Positions 13,330-26,059 of a stretch of DNA of 64,000 nt are shown piece by piece (positions within the stretch are counted from its first letter, which is position 1; each line of letters starts with the position of its first letter). Source of the stretch: Haplodiscus bocki (taxonomy: Eukaryota). A program made the translations under genes and the position numbers. The notes below the pieces were generated by a model. That model ran no database searches. It was not told where the DNA came from and saw only the letters and a program-made list of their open reading frames with translations. The DNA lies in contig OZ296652.1 of NCBI GenBank assembly GCA_965655095.1, positions 28,706,001-28,770,000 of the forward strand, given 5' to 3'.

Positions 13330-13581
13330 AATATTTGACTCCACCTTTTGCCTCTTTATTTTCCTCAGAAGCACCTGCCTCTGATGACGCGGAAGCAGAG
13401 GGGGAGGTAATTGGTTGCTTTAGATTAGTGACAGAGGTGCTGGGCCGAATTTGGGAGCCCGACGTCCCAGTAACGGAAGCATTGTGACTACTAGGACCCC
13501 CGCCGCCAGTCGAAATCGCGATAGGGGGCAATGTTTTACCCCCCATTGATGCGGAGGAAGCGGAAGTAGTTTTGGGGACTT
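13330..13581 (-). CDS. PPIP5K: PPIP5K exon, S/T/P-rich disordered region
   Basis: tcctcctctag| acceptor and T|gtgagt donor. 252 nt, phase 1-1, KVPKTTSASSASMGGKTLPPIAIS...KGGVKY. Confidence 0.85.
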
Positions 13582-14567
13582 CTAGAGGAGGACATATTAA
13601 TTCATATTGATAGTCAATTAATTAACTAACAACTTAAGTGGCAATTATCATTAAACAGATGCGGAAGCATTTAGAATTCAAGAATGGAGAAAACCACTGA
13701 GATGTTTGCAAACTAATTAGAGAACACAAAATTTACAACTACTTTTCCACATATGTTAAACGAATTTTTACACGGGAAAGTAAAAGGATAATAGAAATTT
13801 TGAAAGAATTCTAAAGTTCGTTGAGGTTTAACAATGATTGGTTTAAGTTTGTTCAACAACGAATTGCAACCGTTAGATTTTTTTCAGGACTAGCGGGTTT
13901 CGACGTATCCTAAGTACTTAGGAGATTTCTTAGTTATTTCGGCGTATAGTGGAAATAGTAGTAGCAGTAAATAAGACCTGTATTTTCCATCAATTGATTG
14001 AGTTGGGCATCAACGTCTATACTTTTTATGCCTAAATACTTCAAGAATAGTGCAGTTTGAAAAGCCCTGGTTGCAACAAAAATTTTTTGCTCGTTGAAAA
14101 CCATCAAAAAATCACTGAACAATCGAACACCGGCATCCTTACAAATACTAGAAGTACATGATCTCTCCTTCCCCTAAGATTTCAGTCAACCCACTTTTAC
14201 TTCTGGTTAAAGATTTCAAATTTGCAACATAAAATGATGGTGGATTTTTCACACGTTCACGAAGCGGTGACCAACATGCGTTTGAGCATTTAGCCATTTT
14301 TGGTGACAATGCGATGCTTAAATGGTGCAAAACTTTTCACCGAAAGTAATTTACTTTTTTACATTGAACAAATAGCATGTACAAGTTATCTAATATGGTC
14401 ATAAAGATTCCCCAATTTTAGTTTAAATAGTGACGGCAAAGACAAACGTTGATTTTAGGTGAAAGCAAGTTCAACTGAATGATGTTTTCGAGGTTAAAGG
14501 TTTAGCTTTGAAGCTAGTCAAATCAAGCTACTGAGGTTCAAAAGCGAACATAATCTTCACAACTTAC

Positions 14568-14925
14568 TTGCTAGACTCTTTCCGTTGCTAACTCTATTGC
14601 CATCTTTCTTTTTAGTGACGCTTTTGCCGCTTCCCACTCTCTTGGAGTTTGAAACTCCACCTCCGACGTTCCCTGAACCACCCCCGGAGCCAGATCGGCC
14701 CTCGGTGCCATGGCGGCTGGGGCCATTAGTGCTGCCCGAGCTGCTTCGTCTCTGAAGGTTATCTACCGATCTGTGCCGACTTCTTTGCTGCAGCTCCGTC
14801 AAATCCGAAGCCGACGCTGAGGCCGGTTGGGTCGCTACTTTCAACACGTGTTTCTTCGATGATGTCATGGAATGCAAATTGCTTTTCCCTGATGAGAAAC
14901 TGAGGATCTCTTTTGCTGAAGTTTC
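14568..14925 (-). CDS. PPIP5K: PPIP5K exon, S/G-rich disordered C-terminal region
   Basis: tttttcaag| acceptor (phase 0) and GCA A|gtaagt donor (phase 1). Open frame ETSAKEILSFSSGKSNLHSMTSSKKHVLK...GKSLA, locally GC-rich, phase-compatible with both neighbours. Confidence 0.85.
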
Positions 14926-15544
14926 CTTGAAAAATTTTCATCAGTTAAAAGATGCTGAGAAATAGACTCAAATTTTCCAGTTGAAAAATACGCTCGTATC
15001 AGTCAATAGATGTTCAGCAATGAAATCGAACATACCAGTTGAAACAGCAAACTTTCCCCTACGGGTAAAATCGACAAAACCACATTCATCATTCTACCAA
15101 AAATTTTTTCGCAAAAATTGGTTTAACACATCAACAAATTGTCAACGGATTTTTTCGGCACATTGCGAATTCAACATACCCACAGGCAAACCATAGCTCC
15201 CAATTTTTTCATTAGAAAACATAGTTGCCCAAGGCGGATAGGACTTCCGAAAATGTTGAATTCTTTATTATTTGCGCGCTCTCACCGCTACTATGATGCT
15301 CCGTATGGTCCCTCATGTGCTCCCACTCAACTTGCTGCGTTTTGAGAAAAGAGCGTTTCGAGAAAAAAAACCTCATTTCGGACGAGCTTGCAAAATGTCG
15401 TGCGACAAAGCGTCAAAAACAAACCGAGTAACACTATAACTTCTTTTTTCCGAAGTACTAAAAATTATCGGTCAGGTTTCTTGCAGATTGTTGAAATATT
15501 TGCAGGTTTTTGATTGATTAAGTACCATTACAACTCAGACTTAC

Positions 15545-15669
15545 GTGTATATTAGGGGGTGATTTTGGGAAAAACTTTGTACCGACTGGATATTTATCTG
15601 TTTCTTCCCAATATCTAATTCCAGGACTAAACTGCACTTCCAACTTGTAACGCTCCTCGGACTTCAAAT
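15545..15669 (-). CDS. PPIP5K: PPIP5K exon following the 24.5-kb intron
   Basis: ctttag| acceptor and |gtaagt donor. Phase-1 join G|AT gives DLKSEERYKLEVQFSPGIRYWEETDKYPVGTKFFPKSPPNIH, matching the DLSSEERFHVELHFSPG motif that follows LYEDP in animal PPIP5Ks. Ends in phase 0. Confidence 0.93.
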
Positions 15670-16950
15670 CTAAAGCATTCAGAACCAGTTTAACACCAAT
15701 TAAGTTTGACTAGCTTGCAAAAAAATGAGTATTAAAAATAACACTTTTGATACTAAAATTTCAAATATCTTCAGATGGCTGGTTATTGAATTTACATTTC
15801 GGCGAGTTATTTTTGAAGTTTTTTGTACTGCAACCAATGTTAAAAACTAACAAGCCATCACGGACCTATAGAATAAAGAGTCTCAGTACGTTGAACACGT
15901 CGGTTATGACAAACAACATTTTTGACAAGGGGTGGATTCACGTTTTAATACACCCCTAGCGGGGCGCGAATATCGAAGCATTCAAAAACAACAGGACTTT
16001 ATGGACAACAAAAAACTTTGAGTTGACAAATGTTGTCTTTCATTATGCTCTGGCTCATTTATGGTGAAATTTGAAATGATTCACAAACATGAATTCCACG
16101 AAGTATTTCCTGAAAGAGATGATTTTGATTAAATTGTCTCTGTGAGCACAATCGAAGAAGTCGTTGTAAGGAAATTCCCCGAATCAATTCAAGTCTTCAG
16201 TTTGAAAACATGCTATGGTGACAACGAGAGGAATTGCAAACTTTTGAACCAGGGAGTTTTTTCTAAAATTGGCAAAATTCTGTTAAAATAATCGATGAGC
16301 AAGTCAAAAAAGCAGGTATAGGAAAATTTTCCAAAATCGATCAGTATCTACATATAAGTTTTCTGACATCTCCCGAAAAAAACACAATATATAAAAAGAA
16401 CAGCAGAAAAATTCCACGACATTACTTTGGAATATGCTTAGCTTCCAATTATTCCAAAAAAGGATCCGAAGCACGAAATCGAAGGGAACGCTAGGATAAT
16501 TTTTTCGAAATCGAGCAAAGTCTACAAAAATTGTTTTGTGCAAGAAAAAGAATAATCTTTTAAGTAAAAATTTTGAAATTCCAGACACTTTCAAACAAAA
16601 ACTTCATTTTTTCTAGCAAAGCAACCAATAATCTGTCGTAAACTGCCGTATATGTCTTCTCAGATCGATTTCCTATGCCATTGTGACGAAAAAGTAAAAT
16701 CAGAAGGTAAAATAGCAGAAATTTTCAAATATAAGCTAGCTATTTCTCAATTACTTTGAAACACTAAAAAACACGAAAAAAATTGAAAAATTACCGTCTT
16801 CTGTTCTGCAAGATTTGTCCTTCTGAATCGTTAAGTTTGATTTATTGGATGGAAAATTGTTTATTAGTGGTATATGGGGAAAAAGTAGGGGGCAGTTTGT
16901 GAAGAGCTCGGTGATTGGCCAAGAGCGAGGTGAAAGACACGGAGTTCACT

Positions 16951-17072
16951 GAGCGCCACCACGACGGATCTAGCTGATTCCGCTCTAGAATGAACGCCAA
17001 CACGACGGCTCAATCTGATTTTGCTCTAGTTGATGAATGCCACCGCGACGTTTTTATTCTGATTTCGCTTTA
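16951..17072. repeat. minisatellite, 3 x ~41-43 bp
   Basis: Units start at 16951, 16992 and 17035, approximate consensus ga(a/g)cgccaccacgacgg..t..ctgattt(c/t)gctcta. Confidence 0.8.
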
Positions 17073-17770
17073 CTTACTAAGAGGAATGAGCGGAACAGAA
17101 CAGTGCTTACCTGTAGATTGCCATCAAGTTAGAGCTATGATTATTATCAATTGAGAGATATGGAAGTGATAATTCTAAAACGAAATTCATAATATTGTCA
17201 TAATTTTATTTTGAGCTTGAAAATGTTTTCAAGAAATCTCCGAAGCGACTCCGACTACTGGAGAATGGATTGCCTTGGCTCTCCATTGAAAAAGCATACA
17301 TCGTCAACCATTAAAACGGTAATAGAGCTGGGTGGTTGATTGCCCCAGTGCAATTTAATGTGATGGGGCCAGGGGCCAAATATGGTAGAAAACTTTTCAG
17401 ACAGTCTACACTTGACGATTTCTTTAAACGTTGAGAGTCGACCGTGTCTCACTCAAAACCCGGTCGCAGTAAAACGCGGCCACCTGGAAAAATCTCGAAT
17501 TTTAGCTTTTCGAGCTCGAAGTGTTAAACTGGTATTGAATCGAATTGCCTCATTGTAAAAGATCAGTAATTTTTTTCTCTTACTTTACAAACCATTATAT
17601 TTGAAGACGTAACGACCCATTGTTTGATTTAACAATATTACATTTCAATGATTCAAAAATTTCGCTCATCATTGTCACGTGATATTTCATTCAACGAAAC
17701 GGAAGCGTTTCTGAAAATCTCTTCTGCGCTCCGATTCAGGACTTATTCATTCGTCGAAAACTGGTGTGAA

Positions 17771-17992
17771 AGATCAACACGCTTTTCTATTCTACAATTC
17801 CAACATACAAGTCTTAGATCGACACGCTTTTCAAGTCTACGCTCCAAACTACAAGCCTTAGATCAAGACGCCTTTCATTTCTACGCTTCTCAGCTACAAG
17901 CCTTAGATCATAACACATTTCATTTCTACGCCTCCCAGCTACAAGTCTTAGATCAACACGTTTTTAATTATACGCTTCCAAATTACAAGTCT
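17771..17992 (+). repeat. 5 x ~45-bp tandem repeat (15-aa coding repeat in the leftmost ORF)
   Basis: Units agatcaacacgc.tttca.ttctacgc.tcc.a.ctacaag.ctt translate as LDQHAFxFYxSxLQx; single-base losses shift the frame. Confidence 0.85.
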
Positions 17993-19256
17993 CAAAATCA
18001 ACAAGCAGTAAAAAGTCTTCTATCTGTTGCTAATCATGCCTGGGACATTCCAAAAATTGTGTTCCGGACTCAAAAAAAGTTGGTCTCACAGTGCCGAAAA
18101 TGACGAAAACCAGCCAAAAAGGTTTTTTCCTAGTTTTTCCCGCAAAAAAAGTTCTTTCTCCGTAGAGCAACTTGATCAACATTCGCCTGTATCTTTTTCA
18201 GCTTCATAACTCCGCTGCATCTGAATTCTACAAATTGAAAAAATTCCAGTCTGCAAAGTCCACATCACCCAATTCCGAGAGTGAATTTTGTATTTCTTTC
18301 TGAATTCTTATAGTAGGCAACAGTTTATTCTGGGACAATCCATCGGTGAAGAGAGCGAAAACATAGGAAAAGGTGTCATCCCGAAAACACTGTTCAGAAA
18401 GCAACACGTTTGGCTAGGATCTGCGCAAAATCATATCAAGAATGGACCGAGCATGAAAGTGATGCGGACATGGATTTCACAGCATACCAAGAGAATGCTA
18501 ATCTTCCAGAATTAAAAACAATGAAACTTGTTCAAGATATACGCAAGTTACCCTCCGAAATACGGCGAAAGTTTGCTTCCTTCCCACTGCCCCCGAAAAC
18601 AAATTGGATCAAACTATGAGCATGGAAAACAAGAAAGGGAGGCTTTGCAGTTTTTTTGGGGAGTCGACGAAGAAATAGATTTCTGAAGTCTCTCAATTTT
18701 TCCAGAAAAAAACAGCGAAGACCCTTCTGGTTACGGTCCCCCGTTAGGAGACCATTGACCGAACTGTGACGAGGACGGAGAAGGAAACACCAGAACAAAT
18801 GAGATTAGAGAGGTCAGCACTTCCATCAACACCATTTTTGAGTGATGTCAATGATCGTCAAGTTACGCAAGCTGCTCGTCGCAACTGGCTACGAGAAGTA
18901 ACAAGAAGGTGATCCATTGATGAGGAAACTTCAGATTTCTGAGTTTTTATTGAGTCTTGTGAATTTACAGTATTGCTTGATTCCAGAGTTTTGTTAATCT
19001 ACAAAAGATGTTTAAGCTGTCACCAATCTCAGCAAATAACTGACAGCTTAACTTCCCAGTAAAAGATTTCCATTTCTTTCATTTACTCACCTTCCTAGAT
19101 AAGACGCTTGGAAATTTGAATCAAAATCTCAATGTCTCATATAGTTACAATGTATGGAAGACTCAAATATTAAAGTTACAACCAATAAGCAAACAAAAGT
19201 AGCTACTACCAATTAAAACACTAGGAGTCAGAATGAACAATTGTTTTATTTATTAT

Positions 19257-20190
19257 CTAGAACGGTGCATCGATCAAGTTAGTTGTATACTCCGCACTCT
19301 TTGATCTATATTGTTCCAAGGTTTCTGTGACAATCTTACCCAGAATGGGGGGTATGCTATTTAACAATTTCTCCATCTCTCCAACTATCACACTAACTAG
19401 GACTTTCTTGTTGAATTCTTCCGTTGCCTTGAATCTCGTGTAGAGTCGTATTCGAAAGTAGGACCACTCGAAATTTTTCATATCGTTAGCCAAAAACCCA
19501 ACAGTTACTTTACGTCGCATTGATTCATGTATGTCCCCGACTATTCGAATTCTCGGTATCATCATCTGGAGTAGGGAAGAATTTTACTTTTTGCTTTCTC
19601 TGGAAGTTCCGCCAGAGCTCCATTTGTAGCTAGAAAGAGAAACACTCATTTGGCTTCACTCATATCTTCACCCAAAGTTGATCAAAATCTCCTCACCTCC
19701 ATGGTATTCAAACTCAAACATTGCTGCTTAATCATCTGCGACAAAATCTACCGAATACCTTCAGATAAATCCACTTAGCTGCACTGGATGGATGGTTGTG
19801 AATATTTAGGAATGGATACTCGGAAAAAATGATAAATGGCGCATGAGAAGACCCTTTATGCCACCGCTTCAGATGCATCTTGAAGGAAGCCAAACTTACG
19901 GTATTCTTTCAGTGTCGATCTTCCCAAAATTAAAATGTTTCAATATACTATATTATCGGCGGCGACATTGGAGTTGAGCACACTCTGAGACTCTCCATGC
20001 TTCTCAGTGGCAGACTGACTCTGCTGAGTGTTTGATTCCAGTTGTTAATGTTCAAAAATCCAATCTCTGGATACGTTTGCGTCCGACTCGATAGCCATTG
20101 AGAATCTTTGATGTGGTCATTCTTAAAGTTAACTGACTTCATGTTGATTTTTCTGGTTGGTTCTGTTCCAAAATTCGCTTCATTGTCAAT
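19257..20190 (-). pseudogene. divergently oriented Maverick ORF remnant, possible PC4-like ssDNA-binding fold
   Basis: C-terminal part RRKVTVGFLANDMKNFEWSYFRIRLYTRFKATEEFNKKVLVSVIVGEMEKLLNSI has a beta-beta-beta-helix pattern reminiscent of PC4/Sub1 domains. Upstream part is broken by stops. Fold is inferred only. Confidence 0.4.
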
Positions 20191-20439
20191 GTTAATTTAG
20201 CGGGGGTCGAATCCACGAAATCAAAGTAACATCGGGTAAATCCAGTCTCTTTAACCATTAGGTAAAGTCAGAAATTGCGTATTAACGTGAATTACTGAAT
20301 GGAAGAAGTAAGGGGATTGACTCTTTTTAACTGTAGAATGTAAATTGTTTCCAAATTGGAGCTGCTTCCTAATGGTGGAGTGGAATTCAAAGTTCTCCAA
20401 CCGCGTTATTTATTTTGAATTATCTCATCCACTGAGATG

Positions 20440-20830
20440 ACAGTATGCAAACACTTCATGAAAAATTGCCCCTCGGGATAGGATTCAGCCAATGAAAATG
20501 AAACATGCAGACAAATTTTAGTGAGTCACGTGATCAAAAACAAACTTCATGACCAATTATTGTCGAAGTTCATTCACCACGTGTTTTATTTTGAATCATC
20601 TCGTCCGATGAGACTGCGGTACGTAAACTTGGCACCAAAAGTCGCCACCTCGCGGGAGGATTCATCAAGTAAAAATGTAAAGTTTTTATTTTTTGGAGTC
20701 GCGTGTCCAGAATAAACTTCGTGACCAATCAATTTGGAAGTTCACAAGTACCGAATCCAATTAGAAAAAACTGTTCCCTAGTGTTATATAAATCATTCTC
20801 AGTTAAGAAAGATATCATTTCTTCATTCTT
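20440..20830. promoter_or_regulatory. putative bidirectional Maverick promoter
   Basis: Lies between divergent ORFs. Four CCAAT (20489, 20553, 20725, 20757), overlapping TGAGTCA/CACGTG (20522-20532), repeated aaacttc(a/g)tgaccaat, and TATATAAA at 20785 with TCATT about 30 nt downstream. Confidence 0.55.
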
Positions 20831-21499
20831 CATTTCAACTTCAACAGTTTGATTCCCAATTTCAATGATTGAACTTTCCTGGCACTTTACCTCCGATAGC
20901 ATGTGGTTCAGTAGACTTAATTCCTGAATTCTCTCAAATTTGTGCTAGAGACTGTCTCTCTGTAGCGAGCGAACACTGACCCGGAAAACTTGACCCACTT
21001 GAACAATTGATTTTGGAGAAACAGCGATTACTGTGAAGTGGAGAAATGTAAGTACCACTAACTACTTTTCAACTCTAACGATACCAAAAACTGCGTCGTC
21101 AAAATAAGCTTGCCTAGTTACTATTTAGAATTGGTTGGCTGTATTTTAACCGTAACTTTTTATTATTCTCGGATGTTCATACATGCAAAGCTATCATTTT
21201 TCAGATAGCGCTAACAGCAGTAAAACTCCACCTCAGCTTTCCCTTAGCGTGTTTGATACAAACTAGCATTGCAAGAAAACGATTGTTCCGAGAAAAAATT
21301 CAAGCGAGTTTGCCACGATTTAAACAAAAATACCCGAATCACTTCCATTTCCTTCAGGAAATTGAAATTTATTCTACAATCCGAATTAGGTGAAGACTTT
21401 CTAGCACTAACAGATTCAATCTATCTGGGAGACTCGCATTTTGTTTCAAAACATTTCGACATTTTTATAAAACTATGTCAAATTACAAACTAAAAATCA

Positions 21500-24400
21500 G
21501 GATGAAGAACATCTCAAGAATACGAAGAATGTCGAAAATGTCGGAAAACTATTTTGAGGTCGAACAGAGTACGGCAAATGAGGAACCACACAATCTAATG
21601 CTCACATTGTCCATAAAGCTTCAGTAACAAGACCGCATTGAATTTGCAAATCTTCAACAAACATGGAGAACCACTCCCAAAAACAATCCGATGTCCCACA
21701 TTAGAGCATCTTTTTAAAACCCCTTATGAATTATTACAACCTCGTAGAACAGCACACTCCTATCTATCACGAAACCCCGGTCAAAATATTCATCTCTCCG
21801 AGTTTGCGGGTGACGAAAATTTACTTGACAAGTTACGCTTAGTGCAATATTTCCATACTGATGGGAAAATTGAAACTTCGAACAAGATTGTTTACAACTT
21901 TCATTCAACAAGTCGCGATGAAACTTTCATCGAAAAGACCTTTACCGAAGTACCTTCCTCCTGTAAAATCAATTTCACGTTCGGATTCACTTTACAAGAC
22001 TGTTTAACTGCTTGCGAGTATGGATACATTTTGGCAGCTACGAACAATCAATTTTTGATTCCCTGTTTCATTAGCTAACTACGATGACCTCAATTTCATC
22101 AGAAGTCAGTTGGATGGAGAAAGTTTCTCTGAAGGAAATATTGAACAACGACCGAATACAAAGTGGAAATTATTCTATATAACCAATGTTTCTATCTATC
22201 TTCGTATATTTGATACAAAACATGTTTTTGGGTTCTCAGCACCTTAACCTACCACAAACGTTTTTGCGACATGTTGGCACAAAGTCACTCTTGACAAATT
22301 TCAACAAGAAACGTTATCATAATAATCCACGTCTTTCGCGCGCTAGCCCAGGAGATGTTTGGTTCCACTAATCTGAAGGAGAGAACAGAAACACTCTTCC
22401 AGAGTTTCCCCGAAAAAGTGATCAAATAGATGCAAACTTTCCCGGCATCGGTGACAGTCAAGTATACATTCTGGAAGATCTATTAAAGTGTAAAATCCAG
22501 CTGTGCGCAACAGATTCCGACGACGAAGCATCCCTTGTAGCTGGGTTGTCGCGGAGATCCGCAAATTTGTATTCGCGAACTATTTCATTGGTTCAGTACG
22601 ACAATCATATTTGTTGGGTGAGAGATATTGATTCTGTACTGGAAAAGTTTCAATGTAGCAAGTGTGATCATATTTTCTCGAGGCGCAGAATGCTATAGAA
22701 ACACGAAGAGTTTTGGCAAATCAATTTGTCATATTCACCCAAGTGGACATTATTCCCTCTCTCAAACTATTTTTGAACGACTTGAAGAGATGGGTATTCG
22801 TGTATATGAAGAACTGAAACTATTCAACAACATGACTGTATACGACTCCGAAGCGAATGCTTCCCAACAAAACTCAAACTATCAAGACACTGAAAATACT
22901 GAAGGGATCGCGACCCAAATTCCCATCAGTGTTGGACTAAACTCAAACTTTTCAAAGAGCCTGTTTTTCTCTGCAATGAAAATCCAAATTAGTTGAAACA
23001 ATTTGTAAACAAACTTATCATTCTGTCCGCAATAAGCGCAGAGCAAATGAGATCTAAATTCTCAAACCAGTTTTCACTGGTACATCCGGAATCGATGAGC
23101 TACGTGCAGTTACTCCACTCAGAACTAGGGGTAAGTCAGCGTCTTCAGAAAAATTCGTGGCTTCGGAAGCCGTTAAGGAAAGTGAAAATGAACACGAAGA
23201 ACCTGAAATTGTTCAAGTGAAACGAGAACCGTGTAACTTGAAAAGAAAGTAGAAGACCTCGATGACTATTGCTCAACAGTCCCAGATTTTGGTTTCATTA
23301 GTTCGCATTAGGATTTGAATATGATCGAAGAATTCCTACTGAAAAGTTTGCAACTACATTATAATTGTTCTCCGTCTGTAATCTAAGTTTGCAACGTCTA
23401 CAATGGCCGGAAAATCAAAAGAGTACAATTCCCAGACTCTTTATCTTTCCATGGTGGAGCATCTATTCTGCAAAAAGTCTTGGAAGCATTTGGAACGTCG
23501 GATGAGAAAAGTTTTTTCCCATACGAAAGGTTCGACACTCCCACCAAGCTTTAAGAATCATCATTGCCGAACAGTGATCACTTCCACAGTAAATTCAAGA
23601 ACCACAATGTTTTCGAAGTAAAAGTCAAAGCCTTCGAAAAAGTGGAGCTCAATGGATTTAAAAACGCTGAAATATTGACAAAGCTCGGACTGAAAACGAA
23701 ATCAAAAATTTTAATAACTACTTGGAACAACGTTTTTCGGACCAAAAAGGTATGAAATCTTTCCGTGATTTCTTAGAGTGGTACAACTTGAAAGATGTCA
23801 TTCTTACCTTGGAAGCTTTGCGAAATATGGTACAGTTCCATCACAGCAAGAACTTGGATGTTCTCAAATAAAGGTTTACACTTCCCAGTATAGCTAACCG
23901 ACTCCTTCATTCTTCCTATACATCCATCTTCTCTGGTTTTGCGGAAAAAGATAGAGAATACGATTTGTACATCAGAAAGTGCCTTACAAGGGCAGAGCAG
24001 TGAAAAACCATCCCAAAATGCGATGTTCGTTCCAACTTGGAGTACGTTGTTCTCGGATACATGCAATGGACTCATCCTTTACGCAATATTCAAACAATAC
24101 AACAAGAAGCAGAAACGCTTTGGAAATTACCTAGTCGATGGTTATTGTTTTCACAGTACAACTCTTTAGGAAAAGATGGATCGTTGATTCCATTTGCATG
24201 AGTGTTTGGATTATAAAAGAATGCCACTCGGAGAGAGTGAGATCGGACCCCAAAGAAGAAGAAAGGATGACATTAAAAGTTCCTGTCAAGTCTTGGCCTA
24301 AATGTGGAATTATAGGAATGCCAGCGGGGAGAAATATTCAAGGCAATGTAGAGCAGAGTGGACCATATGTCAAAAACGTCCATCCCTACAAGTATCCACT

Positions 24401-25619
24401 TTTGGAAGAACTTCTGCCGAAAATAAAACCAAAAGAAAATTACAGAGTGGTAGACTGTACATTAGAAGTCCCGACAAACTCGAGAGACAATTTCAGAGAG
24501 TTCCCTCCAATTTTCAAAAACATGGAAATTGGACGCGAAGACATCGGTCCATACATGAAAGAGATTGCACAGGAAGATAGACTGTTCGAGAACAAACTGC
24601 GGCGAAAGCTCATTTCTGGCTTTCACCTCTCAAGGAGCCCAATCATTACACTAATTTTCATTTTCTACATTAGAAAGGTTTAGTTGTGAAACAAGTTCAT
24701 TGGGCTCTGGAATATCCACCTGAGCGGTGTTCCAACTACTTTGTGACGTCTGTTCTAGAGGCAAGACGGGAAAGAGATAAGAACAAGGAATCATCAGTGA
24801 TGGCAGAAACTAAGAAGCTGATTGCAAATTCATCTTACGGATACCAAATTATGGATCATTCCAAACACTCAAAAACAAGATATGTCGTGTGATCGGAAAT
24901 CAATCAACACTTGAAAAAAGTATTTCAGTCTTCTGATCAATTTCCCGGAGAGAAATTTGGAGTGAATCTTGCCAAGGAGAAAGTGGAGCACAAAGAACCT
25001 TTAATCGTTGGATTTTTCGTTCTGCAATATGCAAAATTGACAATGTTGGAGCTGTACCACAAACTTTTCGCCCAATTTTGTGATGCGAACAAGTCCGAAC
25101 ATATTGAAATTGATACCGACAGTCTTTACATGAGTCTCGCAGAAACTTCTATCGAAGGTTGTACTAAAGCTGAGATGAAACGTTTTTGGGAATGTTTGCG
25201 ATCGGATGACTGTTCTAATGGACAATATGAAGCTGATCTTTTTTTTATCCGAGAAATTGTTTTTTCACACACTGGCAACATGATGAAAAGCCATCAGGGC
25301 TTTTCAAAGAAGAATTGAAGTTCAGAGAAAATGTGGCGCTCTGGTCAAAGACATATTGCTGTTTCGATGACAAGATAAAGAAAGTGAAACTGAGTTGCAA
25401 GGCAATCATCAGAAAACAGTTCGAGGAACAAAACCCGCTCAATTTGTAAAGGAGAAATCTTTTCACCAGATATCTAGTTGTTTCCATCAACAGAGGATTC
25501 AGAGTAGTGGAGAATATCAAAGTTAACATTCACGAACAGCTAAAGAAAGGAAAATCTTTTTTTATCCTAAACGTGAAGTGTTGAGTCATGGTATCTACAC
25601 ACAACTTCTAGATTTATAG
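21500..25619 (+). pseudogene. protein-primed family B DNA polymerase (pPolB) of Maverick
   Basis: N-terminal C2H2-like fingers (CRKC, CSHC), KINFTFGFTL block, ExoI VYDSE (~22840), ExoII FGFxS..DLNMI (~23290), KSFFPYE, YNLKDV, motif B KKLIANSSYG (~24812), IVGFFVLQYAKLTMLELY, motif C DTDSLY (~25112), GLFKEE, KTYC and C-terminal FYPKREVL..GIYT.LLDL-stop. Many frameshifts and stops. Confidence 0.95.
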
Positions 25620-26059
25620 TTGATGATTCATTTTCATATTAATTCTGTAAGAATTCAACTTAGCATAAAGCACGTTTTCAAAACAAAAGAAAAATGGATA
25701 TTGCAGATAATCGGGAAACTATTGCTAAGCACGTTTTCCTGCACTCATCCATTTTTTTTCAAATTAGGGCAGAAGAGTCGTACGAAAGCTCGGAAGAAAC
25801 ATGTAGATTTACACAATTTGAAGTTTCCTCTTTGCCCAGAGGCTTTCCAAATGATTCGTGTTTAACGAAAACTTCCAACGGAACTCGAAGAATTAATATT
25901 CAAGTGCCTCACCGCGGACATAAGTCCTTCGAGGAAAATTATTCTTCATAAAATCAGCCGCAACAGTTTTGAGATTCGATGTGTCTCATCGCTTCAAAAA
26001 ATCGAGTACAAAGAACTCTTGGATTGCATAAATAGAACAGTCCATTGTCCTGCATTTAT

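Noticed and set aside
16795-16822. 28-nt candidate micro-exon with good splice signals (cttaacgattcag|...GACG|gtaatt)
   Set aside because: Inclusion would shift the frame between two exons whose conserved motifs are directly adjacent; at most a poison exon, with no further evidence.
16951-17992. Short 42-45-bp repeats as CRISPR arrays
   Set aside because: The units are contiguous and degenerate with no spacers, no cas genes are present, and the context is eukaryotic.
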